Assembly (NCBI GenBank): GCA_963699755.1
Contig: CAVOVB010000005.1
Location: 32,001 to 96,000 of the forward strand
Length of the DNA stretch: 64,000 nucleotides
Direction of reading: 5' to 3'
From: an uncultured delta proteobacterium
GTDB lineage: Bacteria; Myxococcota_A; Polyangia; Polyangiales; Houyiibacteriaceae
Part shown: positions 1 to 10,965 of the stretch, piece by piece
Layout: every line of letters begins with the position of its first letter
How positions within the stretch are numbered: position 1 is the first letter of the stretch
Position numbers and translations under genes: made by a program
The notes under the pieces: model-generated
Told to the model about the DNA's origin: nothing
Seen by the model: only the letters and a program-made list of their open reading frames with translations
Databases searched by the model: none

Positions 1-201
1 GCCGATCAAGGCGTTGCGCGATCGTAGCGATGTGCGCTGGAGCTCCTGGAGCTTGTACTCCTGGTAGCTGAGCTCGTGCTTGAGCAGGGTGTCTGGGTTG
101 AGGTCTAGAACGAGCTCATCATCGGCCCGCGCAACGCCGAACGAAAGGCTCGGGCAGAGAGCAAGGACGAAGACGAGACTTAGGGAACCGAGATGTCGCA
201 T
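1..201 (-). CDS. 5' part of a secreted hypothetical protein (runs off window edge)
   Basis: GGAGGAG RBS, ATG at 201, signal-peptide-like MRHLGSLSLVFVLALCPSLSFGVARA-DDELV; open to position 1. Confidence 0.65.
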   Translation of the reverse strand, partial: MRHLGSLSLVFVLALCPSLSFGVARADDELVLDLNPDTLLKHELSYQEYKLQELQRTSLRSRNALIG

Positions 202-295
202 GGCTTTCTCCTCCGGGATCTGGGGACCGAAGGATCATAGGCCTTCATGGCCGAATGGAAGGTCGATCAGCCATGAATCTCCTTCATATGCCCCA

Positions 296-1261
296 TCAAC
301 GTGGGCTCCCTACGAGTCGAAGGAGCTCGTCACGGAACCAGCGGTGTCCCGGGTCGTGGTGCATTCGGTCGTGCCAGAAGAGGAAGATCTTGGTTGTCGG
401 GAGCTCAATCGGCGGTTTGAAAACCTGTAGGTCCAAGGGTGCGCTCGTCGCCATGGCAAGGCTGGTCGGGCAGGTCAGCAAATAGTCGGTGCCGGCTACG
501 AGGAAAGGCGCGCTCAGGAAGCTTGCGACCTGGGCTGCAATGTGGCGCCGCGCGCCGTTCCGCGCGAGCACAGCGTCGACGAGGCCTCCCGGTGCACCCT
601 GCGGGGCGACCAGCACATGGCTCTCGGCGAGATAGCGCTTGATGGTGAGCCGCCCCCGAAGCCTCGGGTGGCCGCGCCGCGCCATGACCGAGAACCCATC
701 CGCGACCAGCATTCGCTGGCGAATTCCACGGGTCTCCTGAAGGCTCACACCGGGGACGCTGCCCTCGCCCGGGGCGACGGCGAAGTCGGCCTTGCCGCCA
801 GAGAGCGCCTCGCCATCGACGAAGCCGCGTCCTTTCATTCGGATGCTCACGCGCGGGGCGAGGCGGCTCAGGTGCTCCAACAGGGGCGGAACGAGACTGA
901 CCTCGGCGAGGTCGGCGGAGGCGATCACGAAGATGCGTTCGGCCTGCGCCGGGTCGAACTCGGCAACTGGGAGGACCGCGTCGCGGAGCTCTCGGAGCGC
1001 AAGCCGAAGCGGCGTCTGCAGCGCCTCGGCCTTCGGCGTGAGCACGAGCTCCTCGCCGGCGCTCACGAGCAACGGGTCGTCGAAGAAATCGCGGAGGCGC
1101 GCGAGGCGATGGCTCACCGCCGACTGCGTGACCCCCACGCACTCTGCGGTGGCGGTCACGTTTCGGATCTCGAGCAGTACGTCGAGGGTCAGCAGCAGAT
1201 TGAGATCGAGCCCGGTCAGTGACGCTTGAAGCTCGACCGGCGAGAGGGGGGAGGCTTCCAT
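296..1261 (-). CDS. LysR-family transcriptional regulator
   Basis: LDLNLLLTLDVLLEIRNVTATAECVGVTQSAVSHRLARLRDFFDDPLL HTH; C-terminal WHDRMHHDPGHRWFR. Confidence 0.95.
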   Translation of the reverse strand: MEASPLSPVELQASLTGLDLNLLLTLDVLLEIRNVTATAECVGVTQSAVSHRLARLRDFFDDPLLVSAGEELVLTPKAEALQTPLRLALRELRDAVLPVAEFDPAQAERIFVIASADLAEVSLVPPLLEHLSRLAPRVSIRMKGRGFVDGEALSGGKADFAVAPGEGSVPGVSLQETRGIRQRMLVADGFSVMARRGHPRLRGRLTIKRYLAESHVLVAPQGAPGGLVDAVLARNGARRHIAAQVASFLSAPFLVAGTDYLLTCPTSLAMATSAPLDLQVFKPPIELPTTKIFLFWHDRMHHDPGHRWFRDELLRLVGSPR

Positions 1262-1290
1262 GAATGAAACTGATACTACCGTTCGAGAGT

Positions 1291-1305
1291 ATGCGCCTCA
1301 AGCAT
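1291..1305. promoter_or_regulatory. possible LysR box (ATGC-N7-GCAT)
   Basis: T-N11-A dyad just upstream of the LysR gene in a divergent intergenic region. Confidence 0.35.
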
Positions 1306-1427
1306 GCAGATCCCAAGCCCGCTTCCCACCATCGAAAGCGTTGCCTGGCTGCGATCGATGGAGGCGCGGCCCTGACTCGAACCGCGACGTCATACCCTCC
1401 TCGACCGGGCGAACGAAGGAGACACCA

Positions 1428-1529
1428 ATGGCAGAGAAGATCGCATGGCTAGAGCGGCGGAGGGAAGGTTTCCAGATCCTGAGCGGCGAGGACGAAATCC
1501 TGTATCGGCCCAACAGAGCCTTGGCGTAG
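1428..1529 (+). pseudogene. collapsed remnant of the LysR-divergent gene, possibly GFA/CENP-V family
   Basis: Strong AAGGAG RBS and ATG but only 33 codons; EGFQILSGEDEI resembles the mid-section of GFA proteins. Confidence 0.3.
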
Positions 1530-1538
1530 AGTACCGCG

Positions 1539-2270
1539 GTGGCCGCGCCCGGGGAGCTCAACGTTTCACGACATCGCCTTGCCTGGGCCCTCGGCGCCCT
1601 GCTCATCGTGTTGCTCGCGGTCGAGGGCCACCGCGTCGCGAGCTTTCTTCCCAAGATCGAGCACGCCGTCGAAGAGCTCGGACCTTGGGGGCCCGTTCTC
1701 TACGTCGCTGCGATCCTCGTGTTGGAGCCCTTCTTCTTTCCCAATTTCATCTTCGGAATGATTGCGGGGGTAGTGTTCGGTTTGTGGAAGGGCTACCTCT
1801 ACTACTTTGGAGCCGTCTACTGCGCGAACATGCTCGTATACCTCATCGGTAGGCGCCTCTTGACGAAGCCTGTGCTCCGGCAGCTCGAGCGAAAGCCCAA
1901 GGTCCGCGAAGCGGCCGTTGCCGCAAGCACGGAGGGAACGGGTCTCGTGTTTTGGCTACGCCTGATCCCGGCCAATCCAGCGATTCTGAGTTATGCGCTA
2001 GGCGCGCTCCGAGTCCTTCCTCGTTCGGTGGCGATCGGAACCTTGGGCATGGCTCCGCACATGTTTGTCGACGTCTACCTCGGCACCGCGGCGTCGCACG
2101 TGACGCGAATGGCCGGACAAGGTCATACGAGCTGGGAGAACAAGGGCCTGGGCCTGCTCCTCGGGCTAGTGGCCGTGGCCGTCGTTTCCTGGCGTATCGC
2201 ACGCATCGCGCGCGCCCAAATCCGCGCCGCCGGAGTCGCGCAACAACCAGTCGATGCCGGGACCCCGTGA
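1539..2270 (+). CDS. TVP38/TMEM64 (VTT/DedA-like) membrane protein
   Basis: LGPWGPVLYV...AGVVFGLWKG...LRLIPANP...YALG...GTLGMAP pattern. Confidence 0.85.
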   Translation: MAAPGELNVSRHRLAWALGALLIVLLAVEGHRVASFLPKIEHAVEELGPWGPVLYVAAILVLEPFFFPNFIFGMIAGVVFGLWKGYLYYFGAVYCANMLVYLIGRRLLTKPVLRQLERKPKVREAAVAASTEGTGLVFWLRLIPANPAILSYALGALRVLPRSVAIGTLGMAPHMFVDVYLGTAASHVTRMAGQGHTSWENKGLGLLLGLVAVAVVSWRIARIARAQIRAAGVAQQPVDAGTP

Positions 2271-3373
2271 AAGGAGCTCTGCCCTTTGCGCTCCTTTGCT
2301 GCCTTTGGCTTCCCGGACGGGCTGCTGCGCAGGACCAGGCCGAGACTGATGAGACCACGGGCAGCTCATTTCTGGACGACCTCCACTGGTAGGTGATGGC
2401 TAGCGGCTTCTATCTGTTCGATGCCCACCGCGTCGCCGGGCCCTACGACGAGCTCGGATACCCGTTCACGAACTACATGGGATTCGGGCTCAACTTCGCC
2501 GGTGGGGATCTCAGCTACACCAGCGAGAAATTTGCGCTCACGATCGGCCTGTCTTTCAGAACCGCAGCGCTGCAGTTGAGCTCGTTGGCCCCTCTGAAGC
2601 AGGGTTTCGTCAGCTGGCTTCCACACCGAAAGCTGACGCTCGACTTCGGTTGGTTCGACACGGTACTCGGCGCTGAGGTCGCAGATGAATGGCAGAACCC
2701 GACCTTTACACGCGGGGCGCTTTGCTTTCTGCAGCAGCCGTTCAAGCACATGGGCGTTCGGATCGGAGCAACGCTTACGGAGAAGGTGACGCTCAAGTTC
2801 ATGCTCGTGAACAATAGCGTTCGCGTCGGAGAGCTCGGTGGCTCCCCAAGGAGCAACAACGGCACGCCGGCCATCGCCGGACAGCTCAATCTCTTGCCCG
2901 TCGGCGAGTTGACGCTCCAAATCGGTTACATGGCCGGCGCCACCGGGCAAAGGGGAAACCGTGCCTGGGGCCAGTTCTTCGATCTGATCTTGAGCGCGAA
3001 AATCCAACGTTTCACCCTGATCTTCAATGGCAGCGCGACTCTCGACTCCCCAGCCGGTGGCGGGCAGTACTCGTATGGGATGGAGCTCCAAGGCGACATG
3101 CTGGTCCACGGTCACTGGAGGGTCGGCGCGCGCGTCGAGGACCTCGGTGAAACGGTCGATGTCGTTACCGGCTTGGATCCGGACCTGCTCACCGTGACGG
3201 CGAACGTGCGCTACCTTCCGGTCCAATACCTCATCATCTCGCTCGAGCCGCGGTTCGAGCTCTCGCAGCAAGACCTCTTCTTCACACGCGGCTCGCCCAC
3301 CGACACGACTACGGGCGGCCGAATCGCCAATTCCAAGATCTACTTCGGCGTCATTCCGGGTGTCAGCGCCTAG
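2267..3373 (+). pseudogene. outer-membrane beta-barrel porin (BBP2-like) with one in-frame TAG at 2390-2392
   Basis: GTG overlapping upstream TGA; signal peptide MKGALPFALLCCLWLPGRAAAQ; frame continues past TAG into LTLDFGWFDTVLGAEV...QQPFKHMGVR beta-strand protein. Confidence 0.7.
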
Positions 3374-3402
3374 ATCGGCAACTAGGGGTGCTTCGAGGCG
3401 GA

Positions 3403-5253
3403 TCAAAGCACCAAGCGAACGCCGCCCAGCTCTTCGATTCGGTGCGGAAAGTGGTCGCCGGGAGTGCCGATGAACATGTAGTTCTTCGGAATCTGGAAGC
3501 GGCGGGAAATCGCCTCGATGGTTTCCGGGGTAAAACGGCCCTTCACCGCGACGAAATCGATTCGAAGCTGTGGATAAAGATGGTCGATCGTTTTCAAGTG
3601 ATCGGCCAGGCCGTGAGGGATGTCCGATTCATTCTCGTAGACGTGGATCACCTTGAGACTCGAGGTTTGCTCGTTTGCCAACACGTAGAGAACGGCCGTA
3701 TTGAGGGTGACCATGCTGTCCCCGCGCGTGAAGTACACCACCCCGGACTCGCTGATCCGGTTGATTTCTCCCATGATCGCTTTGTGAATCTTGGTGCTGG
3801 CCGAGCCGAGCTTCTCGACGATTGCCCGCGAGACATAGAGCGCGACCTTCAGAATCTCGCGACGCAAGAACATGACTGCGACCAGCGCCGCAGTAGCCAG
3901 GAAGTAGGTCTCGAAGATCTCGACGTTGATGGGATCCAAAATGATGTTTCCGATGAGCCCCAAGAGCACTGCGATGAGTCCCATGGTCACGGTGGGCCAG
4001 CCCGCACGGACCGCACGAGGAAGCCTCGATCGCTTGACTTTGAGGAGCATGTTTCCAACGGCAAAGAGAGCCATCACGCTCAAGAATGCGAGGGTATAGA
4101 CGCCAGCAAGCGATGAGATTTCTCCGCGTGTGATCAAGAGAATCGAGACGCACAGAACGAAGAAACCAATGAGGATCCAATGGTTGGTCCCTCTCGTCTT
4201 GTTCTCGCGGAGCAGGAACTGCGGGAGCACTCGATCGAGCGCCATTCGGCGCACGAGCCCTGTGACTCCTACGAAGCTAGTGAGGACGGCGCCCGATAGC
4301 ACCAGCACCGCATCCAGGCTGACGAGAAGTCCGAGCTCTCTTCCCATGGCTACCTCTCCCATCTGGGCGAGCAGGTCCGGCGGGACCTCTTGAATGTCCG
4401 CCAAGGGAAGCAGTCCCAGTGATAGGAGGCTCATCAAGGGATTGAAAATCGAAACGGCGATCCACATGTTGCGCAGCGTCTTTGGAAAAACGCCCGGCTT
4501 TTGCTCCTCGATGAAATTGGCAGAGCTCTCGAACCCACTGATCCCCAACATCGCTGCGGCGAATCCGAAAAAGAGCGCATGAGGAATGCTGGTGGCCGAT
4601 GGGAGACGCCAATTGTCGATCAAGAGTGACGGATCCTGCGCCACCACCGTGGCGCCGGCCACCGCCAAGATGGTGAGCACAGTGATATGGAAAACGAAAA
4701 TCACGACGGCCACGACCGCCGATTCTCCGATGCCGACGATGCCAAGAAGAGCAAAGGTCCCGAGCACGCCGACCGTCGCCCCGAAGACATCCAAACCGCC
4801 CCAGAGGTTGTGGGCGTAGTGCATCCCCTCACTTGCGCTGATGACCGCCGTTGCGATGTAGGAGAGCAGCGTGAGGCAGGCTGCCCCTGCTGCGACGCGC
4901 TTGTTCGTGGTGTTCAGAAGGACTGTGTAGGTTCCGCCATTGAGGGGCAGCGCACTGCCGACCTCTGCATAGACCTTTCGATACAGGTACAAGACCACTG
5001 CGACGATCAACAGCACGATTGGTGCGAGCGCACCCGCTTGAGCAGCGCACAAAGCAGACACGTAGAGAACGCTGGAGGTGATGTCGTTGCCGCAAATCGC
5101 CGTGGCTCTCCAGGCTCCGAGCGAATGTTTCTCTGCTTGATCGAGGTGCTTGAGCTCGATGTCTGTGGTATCGAGACTCGTAATTCGCTCGGCACGCCCC
5201 CAGCCTGCGAACTCCCAAGGCCTATCTGCATTTCCTGACGATTTGTCGTTCAT
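3403..5253 (-). CDS. APC-family amino acid permease with C-terminal cytoplasmic domain
   Basis: ATAICGNDITSSVLY, LPLNGGTY, GISGFESSANFIEEQ motifs; many TM helices; start taken at MNDKSSG. Confidence 0.9.
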   Translation of the reverse strand: MNDKSSGNADRPWEFAGWGRAERITSLDTTDIELKHLDQAEKHSLGAWRATAICGNDITSSVLYVSALCAAQAGALAPIVLLIVAVVLYLYRKVYAEVGSALPLNGGTYTVLLNTTNKRVAAGAACLTLLSYIATAVISASEGMHYAHNLWGGLDVFGATVGVLGTFALLGIVGIGESAVVAVVIFVFHITVLTILAVAGATVVAQDPSLLIDNWRLPSATSIPHALFFGFAAAMLGISGFESSANFIEEQKPGVFPKTLRNMWIAVSIFNPLMSLLSLGLLPLADIQEVPPDLLAQMGEVAMGRELGLLVSLDAVLVLSGAVLTSFVGVTGLVRRMALDRVLPQFLLRENKTRGTNHWILIGFFVLCVSILLITRGEISSLAGVYTLAFLSVMALFAVGNMLLKVKRSRLPRAVRAGWPTVTMGLIAVLLGLIGNIILDPINVEIFETYFLATAALVAVMFLRREILKVALYVSRAIVEKLGSASTKIHKAIMGEINRISESGVVYFTRGDSMVTLNTAVLYVLANEQTSSLKVIHVYENESDIPHGLADHLKTIDHLYPQLRIDFVAVKGRFTPETIEAISRRFQIPKNYMFIGTPGDHFPHRIEELGGVRLVL

Positions 5254-5441
5254 GTTTGAGCTGGCCCAAAATCTGAGTTGCAGGAGCCCGACAACGATCG
5301 GTGGGAGTCGCGGTCGACCGGCACGATAGCCTGAGAGCTCCACCGATGGTCGAATTTCTGCTTTGGAGGCTGGTCGTCCCCTCATGCTATCGTCATCTTG
5401 GTCGCGAGCCCCGGTGTCGCTTGGATCGTGAGGAGTGAAGG

Positions 5442-6803
5442 ATGACTGTCGCACCAAGTAACGGTGCCCGCGGCGTGTTCGCACGGTTCGTCCAGTCCGA
5501 GGCCACCGCCAGCATCGTCCTCTTGGCGTGCACCATCGCCGCCCTGGTCTGGGCCAACTCGCCCTGGGCGGACAGCTACTTCCGCCTCGGCCACACCGAG
5601 CTCGGCTTCAAGATAGGTCCGACGGAACGGACGCTATCGCTTCACGATTGGATCAACGACTTCTTGATGGCGATTTTCTTCTTCGTCGTGGGGCTCGAAA
5701 TCAAGCGAGAGATGGTCGTCGGCGCGCTGTCGACCTTCAAGACGGCCGTCTTGCCGGTCGCAGCCGCCCTGGGCGGCATGGTCGCGCCCGCCATCCTGTA
5801 CGTCATGTTCAATCCACGCGGGGAGGCGAGCCAGGGCTGGGGCGTCCCGATGGCCACCGACATCGCTTTCGCCCTCGGGGTGCTGGCGCTTTTCGGGAAA
5901 CGGGTGCCGGTGGGGCTCAAGGTATTCCTCACGGCCCTAGCGATTGCCGACGACCTCGGAGCGGTCCTCGTGATCGCCCTGTTCTACACGAGCCAGCTCG
6001 ACTTCACGGAGCTCATCGCCGCTGGCTCTTTCCTCGTCCTGATCATCCTTGCCTCGCGCTTCGGCATCCGCAGCCCAGTCATCTACGTCGTCCTCGCACT
6101 GGGGGTCTGGGTCGACGTCTTCGCCTCCGGGATCCACGCCACCGTGGCCGGCGTCATTCTGGCCATGCTGATGCCGGTGCGAGCCGGCCGCGATCCAGAG
6201 CGTTTTTTTTCCGAGGTGAAGGAACGCTTCGAGGCCTTGCGCGCAAGTCGGCTCACGCGCGACAGTATGATTCACGACCGCACCCAGCTGGACGCCATCT
6301 CCAACTTACGTCGAGCCGCGCAGGACATGCAGCCGCCGGGGCTGATCCTCGAGGAGCTCCTGCATCCCTTCGTCGTCTTTTTCATTTTGCCCCTTTTCGC
6401 GTTCTTCAACGCAGGGGTTCGAATCGATGGTGGTGTCGCCCAGACGCTCCTCCAGCCCGTCGGCTTAGGTGTGATGCTCGGTCTCGTCTTTGGTAAGCAG
6501 ATCGGCATCATGTTCTTCAGCTGGCTCGCGGTTAAGAGCGGAAAGGCGGAGCTGCCCGAAGGCGTCGGCTGGGGCGAGCTCTACGGCGCAGCCTGCCTCG
6601 GCGGCATCGGCTTTACGATGTCACTGTTCATCTCAGACCTCGCCTTCGCGACCCCAGCCCTCGTGGCGGAGGCCAAGATCGGCATTCTGAGCGCTTCGCT
6701 GCTCGCCGCGGTCTGGGGATCAGTGGCGTTGTCGCTTAGCCTGCGTCGGAAGACGAGCGCGAGTGCGGGGCCTAGTGGCGCTGCTCGAGATTCTGTACGA
6801 TAG
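5442..6803 (+). CDS. nhaA: Na+/H+ antiporter NhaA
   Basis: WINDFLMAIFFFVVGLEIKRE, GWGVPMATDIAFALG, LAIADDLGAV, GIGFTMSLFI. Confidence 0.97.
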   Translation: MTVAPSNGARGVFARFVQSEATASIVLLACTIAALVWANSPWADSYFRLGHTELGFKIGPTERTLSLHDWINDFLMAIFFFVVGLEIKREMVVGALSTFKTAVLPVAAALGGMVAPAILYVMFNPRGEASQGWGVPMATDIAFALGVLALFGKRVPVGLKVFLTALAIADDLGAVLVIALFYTSQLDFTELIAAGSFLVLIILASRFGIRSPVIYVVLALGVWVDVFASGIHATVAGVILAMLMPVRAGRDPERFFSEVKERFEALRASRLTRDSMIHDRTQLDAISNLRRAAQDMQPPGLILEELLHPFVVFFILPLFAFFNAGVRIDGGVAQTLLQPVGLGVMLGLVFGKQIGIMFFSWLAVKSGKAELPEGVGWGELYGAACLGGIGFTMSLFISDLAFATPALVAEAKIGILSASLLAAVWGSVALSLSLRRKTSASAGPSGAARDSVR

Positions 6804-6924
6804 AGCCCGACGAGGGCGCTGTATGTCATGGTCATGGGTAGACGAGCAGGCGTGGAGACGGCATCGTTGCCGATTACGGCCTTTGCGACCACCTGGCTGG
6901 CCGCTACGTTGATGCGCGGGGTAC

Positions 6925-7218
6925 GTGCGGAGCAACCGGCCCGCGCCCGCGGGCATCCTGCTATTTTCCCCGGAGGTGGGCCTTGCCCTGGGCGAGGGCG
7001 AGATTTTTCGAGATGCGATACGCGAGCTCAGCGATCGCCTCGCGGAGAGCGGCATCGAAACCGTTGCCGTCGAGGAGCTGCATATGTTCCACGTGTTTCT
7101 GATTCTGATGCCGTGCGCTCAGGCTCGCCAAAGAGTGTACAAGACGCTGAAGCAGTTCGTCAGCGGGGAATTGTCGCGAGCGGCGAGCGATGCGACCCGT
7201 AGCGTCCTTCCGGCCTGA
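6925..7218 (+). pseudogene. C-terminal remnant of an alpha/beta-hydrolase (HSL-like)
   Basis: GEGEIFRD...LAESGIETVAVEELHMFHVF matches catalytic acid/His region; no nucleophile elbow or credible start. Confidence 0.5.
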
Positions 7219-7250
7219 TCTGGAAGCCGATGCACATGTAGAAGACCACC

Positions 7251-7628
7251 GTGCTCAATCCTCATGCGCCTTTCGCCAACCCGAAAATCCGCGACCTGGT
7301 CGCAGAGCGGGTCTCCGAGGAAGCCCAAGACGGCTCGTTGTTTGATCATAGACTGAGCCAGGAGGACCGCTACATTGCGGGCGGTGTTCTCGAACAGTCA
7401 CCCGCGATGGTGTGGAGCCGCCAGGCCGCGCGCATGTTGGGAATCATCATCCTCGGCGCGGCCGCAGTCGTTGCACTGGGGTGGCTCCTCGGGATGCTCA
7501 CGCCGGACACCGTCCCCAACGAACAAATCCTGGCGCGCACATCTTGCGTAGGATGCTCGGTCCCGATACTACGGTGGCGCTCGAAGAGTAAGACTGAACT
7601 ATGCTCGACCAGTCCAATCAGTCGCTGA
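7251..7628 (+). CDS. hypothetical single-TM protein (possibly a fragment)
   Basis: ORF with one hydrophobic segment MLGIIILGAAAVVALGWLLGML. Confidence 0.3.
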   Translation: MLNPHAPFANPKIRDLVAERVSEEAQDGSLFDHRLSQEDRYIAGGVLEQSPAMVWSRQAARMLGIIILGAAAVVALGWLLGMLTPDTVPNEQILARTSCVGCSVPILRWRSKSKTELCSTSPISR

Positions 7629-9058
7629 TCGCCATCATCCTGGTTGTGCTTCTCGAGCTCGCGGTCCTCGTGCGCATCCTGCTGCGGCCACATCGCGACC
7701 CCGCTTCTCGAATCGCCTGGGTGGTCGTCGTCTCCGTGCTGCCTCTGTTCGGCATGCTCGCCTACCTGCTACTCGGCGAAACCAACATTGGTCGGAGTCG
7801 GATCGCGCGCCTGCGTGCCGTGTTGGCGGAGATGCCGCCCACCTCGAGTACGGGCGATGGGTCCGGAACGGGCGCCGTGAGCGCCCTGCCCGAGCGTCAC
7901 CGCCATCTATTCGAGCTCGGACAGTCGATCAGCGGGTTTCATCCAGTGGACGGCAACACCGCGCGTTTGCTCCCCGACTCCAACGCCACGATCGATGCCA
8001 TGGTCGCCGACATCGATGCGGCTGAAGATCACGTGCACGTGCTCTTCTACATCTGGCTGGCCGACAACAACGGCTGCAAGGTCGTCGAGGCTTTGAAGCG
8101 CGCAGCGGCCCGCGGTGTCACTTGCCGAGCCATGGCGGACGACCTCGGATCCCGAGCAATGATCCGCTCCAAGCATTGGGCGTCGATGCGAGACGCGGGG
8201 GTGCACGTGGCCGCGAGCCTGCCGATCGGCAATCTGCTGCTCCGAGCGTTTAAAGGGCGCATCGATCTGCGAAACCATCGCAAGATCGTGGTCATCGACG
8301 ACCGCATCACCTACTGCGGCAGCCAGAACTGCGCCGACCCCGAGTTCCGCGTAAAGCCCAAGTACGCGCCCTGGGTCGACGCGGTGATGCGCTTCGAGGG
8401 CCCGATCGCGCGCCAGAACCAGTTCTTGTTCGCGAGCGACTGGATGACCTATGTCGACGAAAACCTCAACGACCTGCTGAGGAAGCCCCTTCCTATGCCA
8501 GCCACCGGTGGGCTGCCGGCCCAGGTCATCGGCACCGGCCCGACGGTGCGGTATTCGGCTATGCCTGAAGTGTTCGAGGCGCTCTTGTTTGCAGCGCGGC
8601 GAGAGATCATCATCTCCACCCCTTACTATGTGCCCGACGACTCCTTGCAGACGGCGCTCTGCACCACGGCCTATCGGGGCGTAGACACCACAATCATCTT
8701 CCCCGCCAGGAACGACTCCTGGGTCGTCGGGGCGGCCAGCCGGAGCTACTACGCGGACCTGCTCGCGGCGGGAGTGAAGATCCACGAGTACGTGGGCGGC
8801 TTATTGCATACGAAATCGCTCACGCTGGACGGAGAAATCACCCTGATCGGCTCGGCGAACATGGACCGGCGAAGCTTCGAGCTCAACTACGAAAACAACA
8901 TCCTTTTCTACGATCCCGCGCTCACCAGCGAGATGCGGGAGCGCCAGCAGAGCTACATCGCGAAGTCGAATCCCGTCACCCAGCAAGCCGTCGACGCCTG
9001 GCACATCTCACGGCGACTCTTGAACAACAGCATCGCCACGCTTGGTCCCGTGCTTTGA
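7601..9058 (+). CDS. cls: cardiolipin synthase
   Basis: Two HKD motifs (RNHRKIVVID, LLHTKSLTLD...GSANMDRRSF) and N-terminal two-TM domain. Confidence 0.96.
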   Translation: MLDQSNQSLIAIILVVLLELAVLVRILLRPHRDPASRIAWVVVVSVLPLFGMLAYLLLGETNIGRSRIARLRAVLAEMPPTSSTGDGSGTGAVSALPERHRHLFELGQSISGFHPVDGNTARLLPDSNATIDAMVADIDAAEDHVHVLFYIWLADNNGCKVVEALKRAAARGVTCRAMADDLGSRAMIRSKHWASMRDAGVHVAASLPIGNLLLRAFKGRIDLRNHRKIVVIDDRITYCGSQNCADPEFRVKPKYAPWVDAVMRFEGPIARQNQFLFASDWMTYVDENLNDLLRKPLPMPATGGLPAQVIGTGPTVRYSAMPEVFEALLFAARREIIISTPYYVPDDSLQTALCTTAYRGVDTTIIFPARNDSWVVGAASRSYYADLLAAGVKIHEYVGGLLHTKSLTLDGEITLIGSANMDRRSFELNYENNILFYDPALTSEMRERQQSYIAKSNPVTQQAVDAWHISRRLLNNSIATLGPVL

Positions 9059-9890
9059 CCCCGTGTTCTCGGGCGCGGCCTTGCGAGACTCATCGCGCAA
9101 CACAGCGGGGCGGGGAAGCCGCTTTCGCGGCTTAGACTCGTTCGACTCGGCGCGATAGTAGACAGATACCATCCACGGTGCATAGCTCGCATCGAGCTGC
9201 TTGAGAGCATTCGCGATCCCTTCTTTGATCGGGCCTTCGATCAACTGGCTCTGACCGGGCCAGACGCGAAACTTGATGCGCACATATCCATAACCTGCAC
9301 TGGTCTCGCGGAAGTTCTCCACCGTCGGCGCAACCAGCAGAACGCCCGGATACTGTTCGTATGCAGCACGTGCCGCTCGGCCGAGGAGCTCCATCGCTTT
9401 GGCGCGTGTGTCCTTGTCGCTGGTCTGAACCCGTGCATCGACGTACGCCCGAATGTAGCCGTGTGGGTAGTTGATGACGTTGGCAATCGTGCGGTTGGGA
9501 ACGAACACACGCTCGCCCGAAAAACCGATCAGCGTCGTGAATCGCATGCCGATGCTCTCCACGATGCCGACCTGTCCCCCGACGTTGGCCATGTCGCCCA
9601 CGTCGAGAAGGTCGGAGAATACGACCGTGAGGCCCGTGATCACGTCCTGCACGACGCCTTGTGAACCGAAGCTCACCGCGAGACCGATTACCGAGGCGCC
9701 TGCGAGATACGTCGTGAGCGGAACCCCGAGCTCGTCGAGCCCAAATCCGAAAGCCCCAAAGTAGAGAACGAAGACCAGGATGCTCTGAGCAAACCCCGTC
9801 ACCGTCTGCGCCTTTGCCTCGGAGCCCAGGCGTGACGCCAAAACCCGACGAGTGAGCTGTCGAATGATGACAACTCCGAGGTGCGCGCCG
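9008..9890 (-). pseudogene. MscS mechanosensitive channel, 5'-truncated and fused in frame to a cydB fragment
   Basis: AGASVIGLAVSFGSQGVVQDVITG...VGD...GIVESIGMRFT...VPN; junction near 9890. Confidence 0.8.
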
Positions 9891-10595
9891 AGCGCGAGCG
9901 GCCATCGCCCACGGGACGCCCACCAGCGAACACCGACCAAACCGCCAATAGAGAGAGTCGGAGCGATCCAGCCAAGCGGATAGGCGCCGAGATTGTGACG
10001 CATCTGGGACTGAACCACGTACGTAGCCGCCGTAGTCAGCGCCGTGAGAAGCAGCACGATCGGCCACAATCGGACGAGTGTCGTTTGCGACCGATGCCGA
10101 ACCTTTCCGTCGATGCGCAGGATGAGCCACAGGGCGCCGTGCTGAGCCAAGGCGCCAACGGCGGTCAGTGCCGTGAGAACCGTGTACCAATCGAGGATGC
10201 CGGGATGGGGTCCCACGGCAAAGTCCGTCCACAATGGGGCGAAGAAGTGACCTTCTGCATTCATGTCGACGCCATGCACCACGTTTCCAAGGGCCGCTCC
10301 GAAGAAGATCGCCAGCAGGAGGCTCGATCCGGAGAACACAAGGTCCCAAAACTGCTCCCACAATCGGTGGTGGAGCTGATGCCGAAGCTCGATGCCAAGG
10401 GCGCGAAAGAGCAGCAACCAGAGCACGATCATCAATGGCAAATAGAAGCCGCTGAAGCTCCGCGCGTAAAGCACCGGGAAGGCGAGGACCAGCACGCCAC
10501 CCGTGGCGATCAGCCAGACTTCATTGCCATCCCAGACGGGGCCGATGCTTCGGATGACGGCCTCACGCTCGTCCCCGGTCTTCGATACGCGAAGA
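9891..10595 (-). pseudogene. cydB: internal fragment of cytochrome bd oxidase subunit II
   Basis: [25 protein letters not shown]...FSGFYLPL...RALGIELR...GAALGNVVHG; both termini missing. Confidence 0.85.
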
Positions 10596-10890
10596 TATCG
10601 AGCCGGCCGTCGACGACTCGGTCATGGATCGCATCCTTGAAATAACCAAGGGCCTGATCCGCGCCAAAGACTCGACGCAGATCGGTTTCGTTCTCGCAGA
10701 AGTAAACCCGGGCGCGGTAGGCTCGGCTTCGGGCGTGGTCGTGGGGAAAGTACTCCCATGCACTGCCGTCAGGACTGTAATCTTCGCGCACCGTTCCCCA
10801 CTGGCGTTCGCTCAGGTAGGGCCCCCGCCTCATCCACGACTGCCGGTCTTGGAGGCGTTTTCGCTCGAGGTTGGAATCGTCTTGGACCAT
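10596..10890 (-). pseudogene. internally deleted GH63/MGH1-like glucosidase
   Basis: [17 protein letters not shown]...[12 protein letters not shown] joined directly to YFCENET...[13 protein letters not shown], segments normally far apart. Confidence 0.8.
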
Positions 10891-10965
10891 GGCTTGTTTG
10901 CAGGGCCGAACGGAGCCGGAAGTCATGATGGCACAGGGAGCGGCGCCGAGTTAGCGTCAGCGGTC

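Noticed and set aside
2390..2392. Pyrrolysine or genetic-code reassignment at in-frame stops
   Set aside because: TAG and TGA end many normal genes here, no pyl/sel genes are present, and the region is full of other lesions
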